This document shows positions 33,162 through 45,420 of a stretch of 64,000 nt of DNA, one piece after another. Location of the stretch: the NCBI GenBank assembly GCA_001643675.2, contig LSRY02000019.1, positions 124,001 to 188,000 on the forward strand. Reading direction: 5' to 3'. This DNA comes from Monocercomonoides exilis PA203 (lineage: Eukaryota; Protista; Preaxostyla). The position numbers and the translations under genes were made by a program. A model generated the notes under the pieces. It ran no database searches. It saw only the letters and a program-made list of their open reading frames with translations, and was not told the origin of the DNA. The first letter of the stretch is position 1, and each line of letters begins with the position of its first letter.

Positions 33162-34577
33162 ATGATATTGGTGAAATTTGGAGTGCTCCTTCAGCTTATT
33201 TTATTATCTTCTGTGAGGAGCAATGTTATACCTACCCATCATGAAACCGATGCAATTTGTGATTTATCGCAGCCTGATCCTGAAAAATTGATCCTTTCTG
33301 CTTCTTTGCCAGAAGAGAAAAAATGGAAAATTGATGCTGCATACATTAATTTCAATGCCCATCATCTTCCAGAAATAATTTCATCAAAAACACATGAAAT
33401 CGTTGGAATCGACTTTTTGGGCGGGAAGATTCCATCCGATGATAGACATCTTGCACCTTCCGCTCCGGTTGACTTAGCTCTGTATTTTGAAAAAGCATCT
33501 GCTCCAAGTTTTGTTCCAAGCAAATCTCTTGAACTCTTGTTTGATCATTTTCCCGCTCATGAAGGAAGAAAACCAATCGTATGTAAATAAAATTAAATAA
33601 TGTTTTCTTGAAATTTTTTTTTTCAAATCATTTCTTCTTCTTCTTCTTTCTTTAATCCTTTTTTTGCACACGTTTCAATAAATGTTTATTTTATTTTATT
33701 ATTTTAGAATGCATATGTGGCAGCTTCCAATGATAAAGAAGAACAACTTTTTGAGGTGACATTTGATAATGATGATCTTTTGAGAATTCATCCAACAGAT
33801 AAAAAGAAACCATTAACAACAACAACTGAGCATAGCACTTTTAGTGAAGAGAACACGATTGTTGAATCTCACTTTGAAGATGACGCAGATGCAGCGAATA
33901 AAGAAGTTGAAGCGATTGATGAGGAGATTGATAGATTTAAAGAAGTGGCAGATAACATTCAAATCCCCCGATGTTTGATTTCAACAGACGGGGAAAGATT
34001 TTATGCTGGAGAGTGGAAAGAAGATCATTGCATATTTAAAGTTGATTCTGATGATGCATATATTGTGCATGTAGTTGAAGGTTTGTTCGAAAAATATCAC
34101 TAAAGCACTCAAATATTATTATTTCTTTTCATAGATGATGAAGAAGCAGATAATTGGGCTCAAATCGAGGAAGATGGAGACATTTATTATGTAATGTTGG
34201 ACGAGGATGAGGATGAAGAAGAAGATGATGACGATGATGAGCTTGAGGCAGAAATAAAAATGAAAAATCTTTTTGGAAACAGAAGTGAGCGAAAGAAGAA
34301 AAGATATGCAAAGAAGTTGAAGAGAAAAATGAGAAAAGTTGAAAGAAAGCAGAAAAAGTTACTTCGAAAGCAGAAAAAACTGGATAAAAAAGAAGCAAAA
34401 ATTGACAAAAAAGCTGCAAAGAAAGGAGTTGAACAAGAATTGTATAAAAAACCCCAAAGAACAGTTCTTAGACAATTCACAGCAACACCACAGCCACACC
34501 AAGAAAAATCCAAATATTCCTCTCGTTCTGCACCACCACCTCCTCCTCCATCATTAACTACCCCAAATCGAGAATAG
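33162..34577 (+). CDS. Hypothetical protein with predicted signal peptide, acidic then Lys-rich C-terminus (3 exons)
   Basis: MILVKFGVLLQLILLSSVRS looks like a signal peptide. Introns 33579-33707 (GTATGT...TTAG) and 34081-34134 (GTTTGT...ATAG) join three ORFs in frame. Confidence 0.75.
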
Positions 34578-34965
34578 AAAACATGAAAAACGAAACCAAT
34601 AAAGAGAAACAGAAAAAGATTTTTTGGTTCAACTTTAAAAAAAGATGGTGAACAAATATTAATGCTGAAAGCTTTGTTGAATATCATTCTTGGGGGTTAG
34701 TTTTTCTTTTTACAAATTGTTGTTTGCTATTTTTTATTTGCATGATATAAAAATATGACTATTTTAACACATATTTTTTATTTTTTTGTTTTTGAAATTT
34801 AATATTGGGTGCACCGGAAAATGAACGATTCACATTTTGCTCATTTTTGAATAAAAACAGGCAATATATTGCATGTGTGTGGTTCCATCTTTTTGATATT
34901 TTGCATCTGTTTTGTTCTTTTATTTGTTGGTGTTAATCATGTTGATTAAAGATATTAACCTGTAA

Positions 34966-37900
34966 ATGTCTTTATTGTCCCATTTGTCTCTTTCATCATC
35001 TTCGCGCTCACAGAATGTGTCTTTTAGCACACATAAGCATACAGCAAATGATTTTCGCGGAACAAATTCAGGTACTTATCATTCTGAGAGGGAAATAACT
35101 CCATATGATCAATTGAAAAAAACTGCAGGTTTGCCAAATGGATATCTCATGAAACTTTCTCTGAAATAATTTTATGCATAAAATTAAAGAAAAAATTCTT
35201 CAACAGCAATTGAGTAGTAAGACTATCAGTGAAGCAACTGTATGATGAATACATATTCGTTTTATTTTCAAATTTTATCTTTGCTAAAGCACGAAAAACT
35301 CAAAAGATCAGAAGAAAGAATAGAACACTTGGAAGGGAAAATCAAATTATTCCAATCTGATAGAGCAAAATTACAAGCCATCAACAAAGCTTGCCATCAA
35401 AAGATTATAGCTTTGGAAGATAATTTAGATGCGACAAGATCTGTTTGCAATAACCTCAATGACTTTTGCGCTCAAACGGAGAGGAAAATACAAGAATTAC
35501 AATTAAGGAGAAATGAAATGGAAAAATTCATAACTTTTTTGAGAACTGAGTTAACTAACTTAAATAAAACGCTTTCTTCGAGTAAAGAATATGAAGCAAT
35601 GCTCACTGAAGATTTGAACGCGCAAATAAAGAATGTTGCGGAGCTGACAAATGAGTTAAACAAAACAAAAGAAGAAAAATTGAAAGTTAATAGCGAACTC
35701 GTTAATACAAAATTACAATTAGGTTTCATTTAATTTCTTGACTTTTTTTATAATTATTTTGTCTTTATTTATTGGAAATTATTTGATGAAAACATATCTT
35801 TTATGCACTTTTCCTCTAATAAATTTCCTTAGAGCAAACAACTGAAGAGTATCATAAAACGCTTTCAGTATTATCCGAGACTCGTCAAAAACTTGTGATT
35901 ACTGAACAACAAAATTTGCATTTAATTGACCAATGTTCTTCACAACAAAAGGAAATAAAAGAAGCCCAAGTTTGCTAATATTTTAATAAACCGGATTTTT
36001 TTTAATATGAAATATTTATATATATAAATTTTGCAATGATAAAACAGGACTTAAACGATAGGCTATCTGTTTCATTAAAATTTGAAACAGAAAAGAATGA
36101 ACAAGCTGTGTTGAAATTATCAACATTGGAAGATGATTTAAAAAATTTGAAGGAGATTGAGAAAGCAAAAGAAATTGAGCTAGTAAACGAGAAACAAAGG
36201 TTTGACAACTTAATTTAAGTAATAGTTTTCATTTTTTTGAATTCATATTTTCTGCTTTTTTATATTTTTTCAATGAAATACTCCACAACACATAAACGAA
36301 GATGTGAATCTCTTCAATCATCTTTGACTACATTGATGGAACAAAAAATTGAATTGGAGGATAATTTGTCAAAAGAAAAAACAGAATCATCAGCGCTTCG
36401 CCAATGTAATGAGGAATTAATAAGAAATGTGGCTCAAAAGAACGAAGAACTTGCTCAATTATCACAAAAAGTGAAGCTCACTGAAGATTTGGTCAATGAA
36501 GAAAGAAAAGAGAAATCTGAAATGATTGAAGAGATCAAAACAATCAAAGACGAAGCAAACAAAATGGAGAAAATGGCACAAGAAATTCAGATAAAATGGA
36601 ATAAAACTGAGACAGAAAAGAATAAAGAAAAAGAACAACTGCAACAAAAAAATAATGCGCTTGATAAAGAAATTACGCAATTGGAAGAAAAGCTGCAAGT
36701 AATAGAAGTTTGTAAAATATAAAAATTTTTGATGTAATATTGTTAATATTTAATATTTCTCATAGAATGAAAGAACAGAACTTGAAAAATTGAATCATGG
36801 CTTAAAAGAGGAATCAAAAGAAAATTCGGAACAATTAGAACTACTCAGAAAAGAGTCGGAAAAAAGAAAAGAACTTGAAGATAAAATTGGAGAACTTGAA
36901 GCTCAATTAAGCAAAGAAACGCTTGAGAGAGAACGAATAAAACAACAATTCGATCAAGAGTTGCAAAAGAAGGTTTCATAAATATTTATAAACAAAAAGG
37001 TCTTTGCTAAAAGAAATGCATTTATTTTTATTTCGATATTTTTAGAACGCGCTTGTTTCTGCATTGGAAAAAGGCTTTAAAGAATCATCATTGTCATCGC
37101 AAAATGCACTTGAAGAATTGAAATCCGAGAAAGAAAAGTTGAATGAAGAATGGGAAAGAAAGTATGAAGAAATGGAAAATGAAGCTGAAAAAATTAAACA
37201 AGAACTCAATGAAGAAAAGCGAAAAGTTGATGAGCTTACGAAAGAAGCGATGAAAAAAAGAGAGAAAGACAAAGCTGCTGCAAAAGAGAGAGCCAAAGAA
37301 GAAGAAACAAACAAAGAGAGAGAGAAGGTCATAAATGATAGTGAGAAATGGAAAGCCGAAGCTACAAAATTAAAGAAAGAAATTGAAAAACTGAAGGAAA
37401 AAGAAAAAGTTAAAGAGGAACAAAGAGAAAAAGAGCGAGAAATTGAAAGAGAAAAAGACTTTGAATTGAGGCTTTTGCAAAAGAAGGTGAAAGATAATGG
37501 CTTTGAAGCCACTCCAAATAGGAAAAGGAAATCTGAAAATGTTGAAAAAGATACTCCATCAGACAAAGGAAAGAAAAAAAGAAAGACATCTTTAGAGGAA
37601 CCAGAGAAAGATCGAGAAAAAGGCACGAAAAGAAAGTTGAATATGCTTTCAACTGAAGAGTTTTATGATGAATCACAAATTCAAAGTGAAAATGAAAGTG
37701 AAAGTGAATATGCTCGACATTTTACTCCAAGAAAGCGAATTGGAAAAAGTCAGCAAAAGGCAACTCACATGCATTCTATACCCTCTGACTCGGTAAGTTC
37801 AGATATTCGTTCACCTTCTTCTATCACTTCGTCAAGCAAAAATCAAACAGTTGATGGCTCACGCAAGAAAAAGCTGAAGGTGAATGATGACATAAATTCG

Positions 37901-38572
37901 GAGGATATTAATCAGGAAAATGCAAGCAACGACTTTTCGCTACCTGCTCCTGTTAGCCAAAAAGGCAAGATAACTTCAACAAAAAAATCAACATCTTCAA
38001 TTTTGCCTCTTGTTCCTCAGGCTGATACGATTATTCCACATATTCAAAGACCGTCATTTGCTTCTACACTCTCAACTACCTCTTCGTTGAAAACTCCCGT
38101 AACAAAATCTCAATCCTCGTCTCATTCTTTGCAGGACTCTTCAAATGTCACATCTGGATCAACTTCGACATCAGCGTTTTTAAGTGAAATGAATAACGCT
38201 CTGTCGAAAAGGGGAAGAATAATGAGAAAAGATGGTGGAATGTCAGCAATTTTGGCTAATTCGCCTTTAAAACCATCAAATATACAACTAGCTTCATTAT
38301 CACCTTTGCAGACATCTTCTTTGGCTATCACTTTGTCTTCTTCGATGCTTCCATCTGCATCTGTTCATTCTAAATCTGTCTCTTCTTCATCATCCACTCC
38401 AAATCTTAAATCTCCTTATTCAACTCTTTCAACAAGTTCCGTTATAAAAAGTCGAAAGAAGGCAATTGGAGATATTCCCTTTTCACTCGTGCCATCAAAA
38501 TCATCTCTTTTCTCAACAAGACGGACTGATTTTGAAGATTTGATGACTTCAGACGTGTTTGCTTTTGAATAA
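34966..38572 (+). CDS. Synaptonemal complex transverse-filament protein, ZYP1/SYCP1-like (8 exons, about 1024 aa)
   Basis: Exons 34966-35128, 35190-35239, 35290-35722, 35833-35969, 36048-36199, 36302-36707, 36766-36972, 37046-38572, all GT-AG and phase-compatible. Spliced N-terminus LKKTAEKILQQQLSSKTISEATHEKLKRS...AKL...LEDNLDATRSVCNNLNDFCAQ. Long coiled coil; basic S/T-P-rich tail ending SDVFAFE. Confidence 0.75.
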
Positions 38573-38991
38573 GAATGAAATTCTTGCTAAAGTTGTAAAG
38601 GTAGTATTTTTTTTGTACGCATTTTTATCTAACTCAAATTGTTATTTCTTTCTTTTCACTTTTTTCTCATACTCAATTTGCCTTTCTTAATTCTATTTGT
38701 CTTTTAAAAAAGTTTGTTCACTCAATTTTTTTTACCATCGTTTTTTCCATTTCTTTCACAAATACACTACGCTAATTGGATTTATGTTGTTGAAAGGTTG
38801 TATTTATTGTTAGATTCATTGAATATTATGAATGGATCAAATAAATTTTGTGTAAAATTCAAGAATCACAATTGAACGAACTTGTTGAATCATAAAAATA
38901 CTTCAAAAGAAGCAATAAAATAAAATGGCAATCGAATAAAGGCGATAGAGAAATAACATTATCACAAAAACAATGACTACAATTCACCCAC

Positions 38992-41117
38992 TTAGCACTC
39001 TGCTTCGGGGAGAATAAACGTGCTGTCCTTTCTCATTTCAGTAAAGCTGGATGGGTACTTCAACGACCATCCATCTGCTAGCTCAATGACGCCTTTCTGC
39101 GAATCCGATGAAGCAGGCGTTGAAGATGAAGAGGATGATTGAGGTTGCTCTGATGGTGGAACAAGACTTGGGAATATCATTCCTCTTCCATGTATAGCAT
39201 CAGCTGACCTCATGACAATTTCTTCTTTCAGAGGATCTTCAAAGCAAAATTCACTAAACAGTTTTTCTGTGGCTGTTTATTAACAATTATTTATTTGAAT
39301 ATATGTGTTTAGAATTATGAAAAAAAAAAAGCACTTCAAACATGATCAATCTTCAATTTCAAACCTTTTTTATCCAGATTTGATTTGATGTCTTGAACGC
39401 GACCCAAAAAGCTCAAAACTGCGGGCTTCAATTTCTCTATCACGAGTTGGAACTTCTTCACTTTTTTCGCTGTTTTGGACGAACCTGACAAATTATCTTC
39501 CTTCTTTTCACCGTTCTCTTCTTCTTCTTCTTCTTCGATGATTAAAATCGAGCCATTTCTCTGGAAGTAGTGGAACATAACGGTTCTTGCCTTTTGGTGT
39601 GCTTGAACAAGAGCATACTTCAGGGAGACGATCATCGAGGCCAGCATCTGATAATGTGCAGCCATTGCCTCCTTCTGGCTAATAATGCCCTTTTCAAGAC
39701 AGTAAAACACGCCGTACATTCCAAACAGCTCTGCTCTCAGCTCTTCCAGCGCATTGTACTCTGATCCAATCTCTATCTCCGGGTTCACACTGCGCTTGGC
39801 CGGGTCCGTTGCTTGGCCCGTCGTGTGGCCGATTTCGTGGATCATCGAGTGGATGGTGCTTCCGATGGTAAGATGCTCCTCCAGGTCATGGAATATCTGC
39901 TTGGGGAAAAAGAGACGAGATATAAGATTCTTAGAGACCTTCTCCATGGTTGCGCCGGTGTTGACGTAAAACATGTTGACTGCCCCTAAATTCTTTTTCA
40001 GCCATTCATCGTTGGGCAAGCATTGAGCAACTGTCGTATACGGTGCCGTTGCATAATCTCCGGTCCACCTCACAACATCGACTGCACGCAAATGGAGATC
40101 TAAATCTCCTTTAATTTCCTTTCTGAAGCCATCAGATGGGGCTTCCCTTTCCATAATCGAAGCTTCTGTTCTCAGCCTTGAAACAAGTGAATCCAAAGTT
40201 GTGTTTTTCACCATTACAGAAGCAGATGGTGAACCCTTAATACTCTTCCAATCGTCCATATATACTTCAAGTGCAGTAGAAAGTACTAAATCGATCTTAT
40301 AGTCACTTTTAATCCATAGAGAATCAGCTACAAGTCGTGCTTCTTTGCTCCCAGTTTCCAATTCCAAAATCTTTGCATCCAAATACAAGCAAAAACTAAC
40401 ATTATCGCATTCTTTTCTGGCCATTCTTAATTTCTGTGCAATTGCTTGGCACTGAGTCCGATATTTTTGTTCAAAAGGAATTATTTCAATTTTCCCTTCA
40501 TTGCGTCGAATAAATGTGTTTGGCTGCTTTGCCGTCTCAGGAAGAGATTCAAATTCAGAATCGCTTAGATCTTTTGGATAATAGCATCCTTTATCGGAAA
40601 TAGTTACTAAATCAAAAAAGTAGGGTTTTAAAACATCTTGATCGAAAGTTGAAATTCCAACTTGACCTGATGATTTTTAAAAAAATATTATTCAATTATT
40701 ATAAAAAATTTTTTCTTTATAAAAAATATGTTAGAAAAGGATACTCATTATGTTCGTGCAACGGTCTGTTGGTATGTTCAGTAGATGATTTTTCTTTGGT
40801 ATTGAAGAAATAGGAGAGTTTTGCAACAAAAATATTGTTTTGTAGCTACGTAATGAAGAAAGCTCTTCCGGAGTAATATCGGGGCATTTCATCATTTTAT
40901 CAACTGATTTTAATATCATTGATGCATTTTCGTCTGACATATCAAGAAAAATTGAATTCATCAAATCAGCAGCATCGCATAAATATTTCAGTACAAGTAA
41001 TTCTTTTCCATTAAATGATGATAAATCAACTTCGCAGTTAGCAAATGCAGCATTAAATTCTTTCTCTCCTTTTTGTTGATATTGTACTCTTTCTTCGTCA
41101 CACCCAAGATTGTTCAT
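38992..41117 (-). CDS. Peptidase M49 (dipeptidyl peptidase III-like), pentapeptide HEXXH type (3 exons)
   Basis: Motifs GCYYPKDLSDSEFE, TVAQCLPND, HEIGH, NALEELRAEL. Introns 40667-40744 and 39273-39364 restore one frame. Start codon uncertain. Confidence 0.85.
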
Positions 41118-41480
41118 ATCCAGATCAATAATCACCCATAAATAATATTTTAATAAAAATGATTTTATTTTTCTTTTGGATATTGTTTTTATTTCATGTT
41201 GATATGGTAAATAGAATTAAGCCTGTCTGACCTGACAAGTTTTTTTTTGGGTCAGTGACAAATTGACGGACGAGTCATTTTGACTTGTCATTTCCCATAT
41301 TATATTCAAATATATTTCCCTTTCAATGAAAAAACAAAATGGAATGTTAAATGAAATCCATTCAATAATTTACTGAATTGAAAAAATTTTTTGTCAAATT
41401 TTGATCATATTTGTTACAAAGTGTCAGTTGCGGATATATAATAGATTTTAAAACATAAATCAACTCATTTTTTCGTCTCA

Positions 41481-44309
41481 ATGGCTGTTAATCGTTCGTT
41501 ACTTATTAAAGAACTTCCCATTGGACTCCAAAAATCATTAGAGGACATTTCAATCGTGTGCGATAATAGCAATCATGGAATTCTTGACATAATTATTATT
41601 TTTTTTTTTAAATCGAGAAAAATGCATTCGAAAAAAAAATGGACGAGTTGGATAAAGCGAATTGTTGTTTTGTTCAATTGGAATTAGCTTCAACCGATGA
41701 GGATGTTCAATGTTTCAATGATTCGTATATATATATAATAATAACGACTTTTCTTTTCTTTTATCCATTAAATAAACTCATTGCCACAGGCTTCAAGCAT
41801 CCAAATAGACCTGAAGAAATCATGTCTCAAATTCATTAAAAAATTCAAAATGATCTCTTATGGATTTGCTGCTATCGAGTTAAATCAGATTTCAAAACAA
41901 AAGCTGATGGGCACAGAATGTTTTAGTGTCCCAACGAAAAGAAGGGATATGCATGCGGATGTTCAGGCAGAGAAACTTCAGCTGCAGTCAAACAACACAA
42001 ATGTGCATTGTTGTCAACAACGTTGGACTTTTGGATCAATAAAAAACAAAAAGAAGTTCGACAAACCATTATTTCTATTAAAGAGCACAACCAGTCTTTT
42101 AAAGACAACAAACAATTGACAGATCAATTTTTAGATTTAGTTTCCAGATGCAATATATCGTTCTTGTCAGCGGGGTCATCTGAGTTTAACTCATTTGTGA
42201 AGAGTTTGATTCAAAAGGCACAAACAAATCCGACTGCTGAATATACAGAAATATTTCCGTATTTATCAAAGTGGAAAATAAAAAGACTAATAAGCGAAAA
42301 GAAGGCAACAGCAATTCGAGAAAGATCCAGATTAATAAAGGACAAATACATAGCTTTGAAGATCGATGGAGGGAAAATCGTAAATAAATAGTGCATTATT
42401 ATTTCATATCTTATTCATGCAGAAAAATCAACTCCTGGATTTTGGAGCCTTTAACCAGCATGTCATTCTTCTGATGATTATAAAAATCTTGCTGAAATGT
42501 GCATCTCGGAGATTGCAAAATGCGGTGGTGAAGTCAGAAGCATTTGTAGTGACGGCTTGGCAGCTCAAAAAAAAGCATTTCAAGATTCATCACACAATTC
42601 TGATAGAGAAATCGATTTATTGAACTTTAATGTCAAACCTTTTCATGTTTATTGTTTTAATCATTTAATCAACTTAACAATCACACATTCTTTTCAAGAA
42701 GTCCCATTTCTTAAATCAATCAAGGATATTATTATTGAGTTCTCAAAATTATCAAGGAGCTCATCAAAACAACGGATGTTACCTACAAAATGCCCAACAT
42801 TCATACTTCCGAGATGGTTGTGCCTGACAGATATTTGCTTGTTCATAAGGAAAAACAGAGAAATTATATTGGAATCGAAGCTGATGGACAGCCAGAGTAT
42901 TATTAATGCAATTAAAGCGGAAATTTTGTTATTCCCTTTAAAAAAGTTGCATTTGTTTTTTGAAGATGACAACAGCAAGCTTGGAAATGTTTTTCCAAAA
43001 ATTCTGGAGGCAATGTCTTTTTTCAATAACCTTTTCGAATTAAGCCCTTTTCGTTCCGATCATTGGCATATTGCAATTGTGAACGTTTGGATATATCTGT
43101 TCAACTACACTTTGGAAGGCGAAAGATGGGATCTAATTGCACTCGCTTATGCATTAACACCAGAAGGAAAAAATAAACTTATCAGTGATGATTTTTGTCG
43201 TATGTTTTTTAATTCAGAAGAAACGAGAAAAGATAGTTTGTTCAAACATTTGAATATTCTCATAATTGATTGTTTCTTTCTTCCCCATTTTTGAACTCAA
43301 TAAACAACATTTCAACTGTTTTCTAGATCGAGCATCATCATCATCTGTTCCCTCATCATCACAGAATAAGGAAACATCTATTGGAAGGTGCTTTTCAAAA
43401 GAAAAAGAATCAACAGCTTTTCCCTTGTCTGTGAGAAGATTTAAAAAGGCATTATCAACGATTTTGAGAGACGAATCATCAACCGAGTATGTCCACCCGA
43501 GTTCGAACAAGCAACAAATTGAGGAAGAGCAAGATTCAGTAACATCATCATCGAAGCACATCCAGAAAGAAATTGAAAATCTCTTGTTAATTGTTTCACA
43601 ATTTGAGAAGAAAGAAATTTCTTATTCACATATGCGAGAAGAAGCTATTATTTCAGAAAAAGAAAATACAGCAGATTATCTTGGACTAACTGAGGCAGAG
43701 GAGCAATCAGAAAATGACGAATATGATGAAATATTAAATGATGAAGCTTCAACCCTTGTTGAAACAAGATCTTCTCTTATATCTTCTCAAGAAACGCTCA
43801 GTGACGAATCGGATTATCATGCCATAAGCGACTTCTACAAAGATGTTTCCCATGAAGACGAAGATGATGTGATTTTTGCAGGCACAAATAAAAAACTTCA
43901 AGTTATTCACGAAATTACAAAGCGGAAGGAAAATGAAGCTGTCGATTCAATTAGGACGTCAATTGCATCAAATTGGTATTTCAGAATATTTAAATCATTT
44001 AATTCTTTTATCAAAAATTCATTGGGGCAGTTAACTGAGGAAACTAGAGAAAAATTCGCATCGTTATTTAAAACTCACACACTTACTGCAACATCAGTTG
44101 GTGTCCTTGAGAGTTTACCAGTATACTACAGTCATATTGCATCGCTTGGTGAAGCGGAAACAGTTTATGTCAACATTTGTTTTTGCATTGCAACATCTCC
44201 TTGTAGCGAATCCGCCTGTGAACGACTTTTTTCAAGATTAAAGCGAATCTTCGGTGATCATAGACATTCGCTTTCCTTTGATTCGCTAAATTCGTTGCTT
44301 CTCTTGTGA
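41481..44309 (+). pseudogene. hAT transposase with in-frame stops and a spliceosomal intron
   Basis: Cys/His finger-like CPN...CGC...HKC, KIDGG, CSDG, CFNH (CxxH), PRW and C-terminal SESACERLFSRLKRIFGDHRHSL. Stops at 41837, 41924, 42389 and 42452. Intron 43236-43326 (GTTTGT...CTAG). Confidence 0.88.
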
Positions 44310-44659
44310 ATAACATTTACAAATCATTCGTTTTGAAATCAAATAACCATCGTTTGTTATTTTTCACTTCTTTCAAATGATTGAGTTATTTCACATTTCA
44401 TTTAATGAAAATCAAAAATTGAATTCCTAAAAAACAACTATTATTTTTGCAAAACAAGAACATCTTATTTGACATGAGAATAATTCAGTAGTATGTGATT
44501 ATGAGAAAAAAAAACGATGAGATAAAAAAAAATCAGTCTTATCAAATGATCTTGATTCATGTTTATTATAAACTGATTATGAAACATCATTTAACAACGA
44601 ATGGTATTCTAAAGCTGGAAAATTAAACTATTGTGCAAAGAAAGACATTGAAAAAAGAA

Positions 44660-45420
44660 TAGATGGGAAATGCAACAACATGAGAAGCAATAGAGATTGT
44701 GGCAAAGGCGCTTTGGGTTGCAATGTTGAGGATAATGGATGTGATTCTGTTTTTTGAAGCAATTGCACTGAAGGTGTTGGTGGAGCGAGAAGAGGCAGAG
44801 GAAGGAGAAAGGGGAATGATGAAAAAGGTGTCTTTCCGAAAGAAATAAGGTAGTTTATAGAAAGAATCAAACTGAATCTGACGCAACTGAAAAAAGCAAA
44901 GATCCACTGGTTGTTGAGGTGCATGACTTGCTGGGCTGAGGTTTGTAAAAGAGGAAGCAGATGTGGCAAAAGCATAGAGCTTGCAGCAAACCGCAGAAAT
45001 TGAATTGTGATGTGCTTTGTTGGTTGATGGAATTCTACAAAAGATTTCAAGTGCATAAGACAGTTAGAGAGAAGCGGCAGACAAGTATTTAAGAATAGCT
45101 GTTGATGAAATCATAGAAGGATTAAGAAAATGTGAGAAAATTTTTGAAGATGGAGATGAATGTTTAATGATCAGAGAGGATCAAGTGAGAGAGGACAGAA
45201 ATTATGAGAGGGCTTTGGAAATGAAAAAAAGGAAAGAGATATGGGAAGTGCCTGGAGATGGTCATGAAGAAGAAAAAGAGAAGATGAGAGGAACATATAA
45301 GGAGGACCCGTCTGTTTTGTGAAAGAGCGGTGCTGAAGCTGACAAAGTGCAAACTTTCACTTTGAGTGAAGATACAGAAATAAGGATGGCTTTGAGGATT
45401 TATAAGAAGAAAAAGAAATA
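44660..45420 (+). pseudogene. Degenerate purine-rich coding fragment inside the hAT, possibly a non-LTR retrotransposon C-terminal region
   Basis: Stop-riddled frame containing LAGLRFVKEEADVAKA*SL and LSEDTEIRMALRIY, loosely resembling post-RT motifs of CRE-like elements (recalled, weak). Confidence 0.3.

Noticed and set aside
3239-38572. Functional cluster of chromosome genes (SWR1, PINX1, Tudor-knot, ZYP1-like)
   Set aside because: They are interspersed with unrelated genes and share no visible regulatory motif; chance cannot be excluded without synteny data.
1-41200. Host uses a TAR=Gln genetic code
   Set aside because: Long host ORFs have no internal TAA/TAG, and several end in TAA or TAG.
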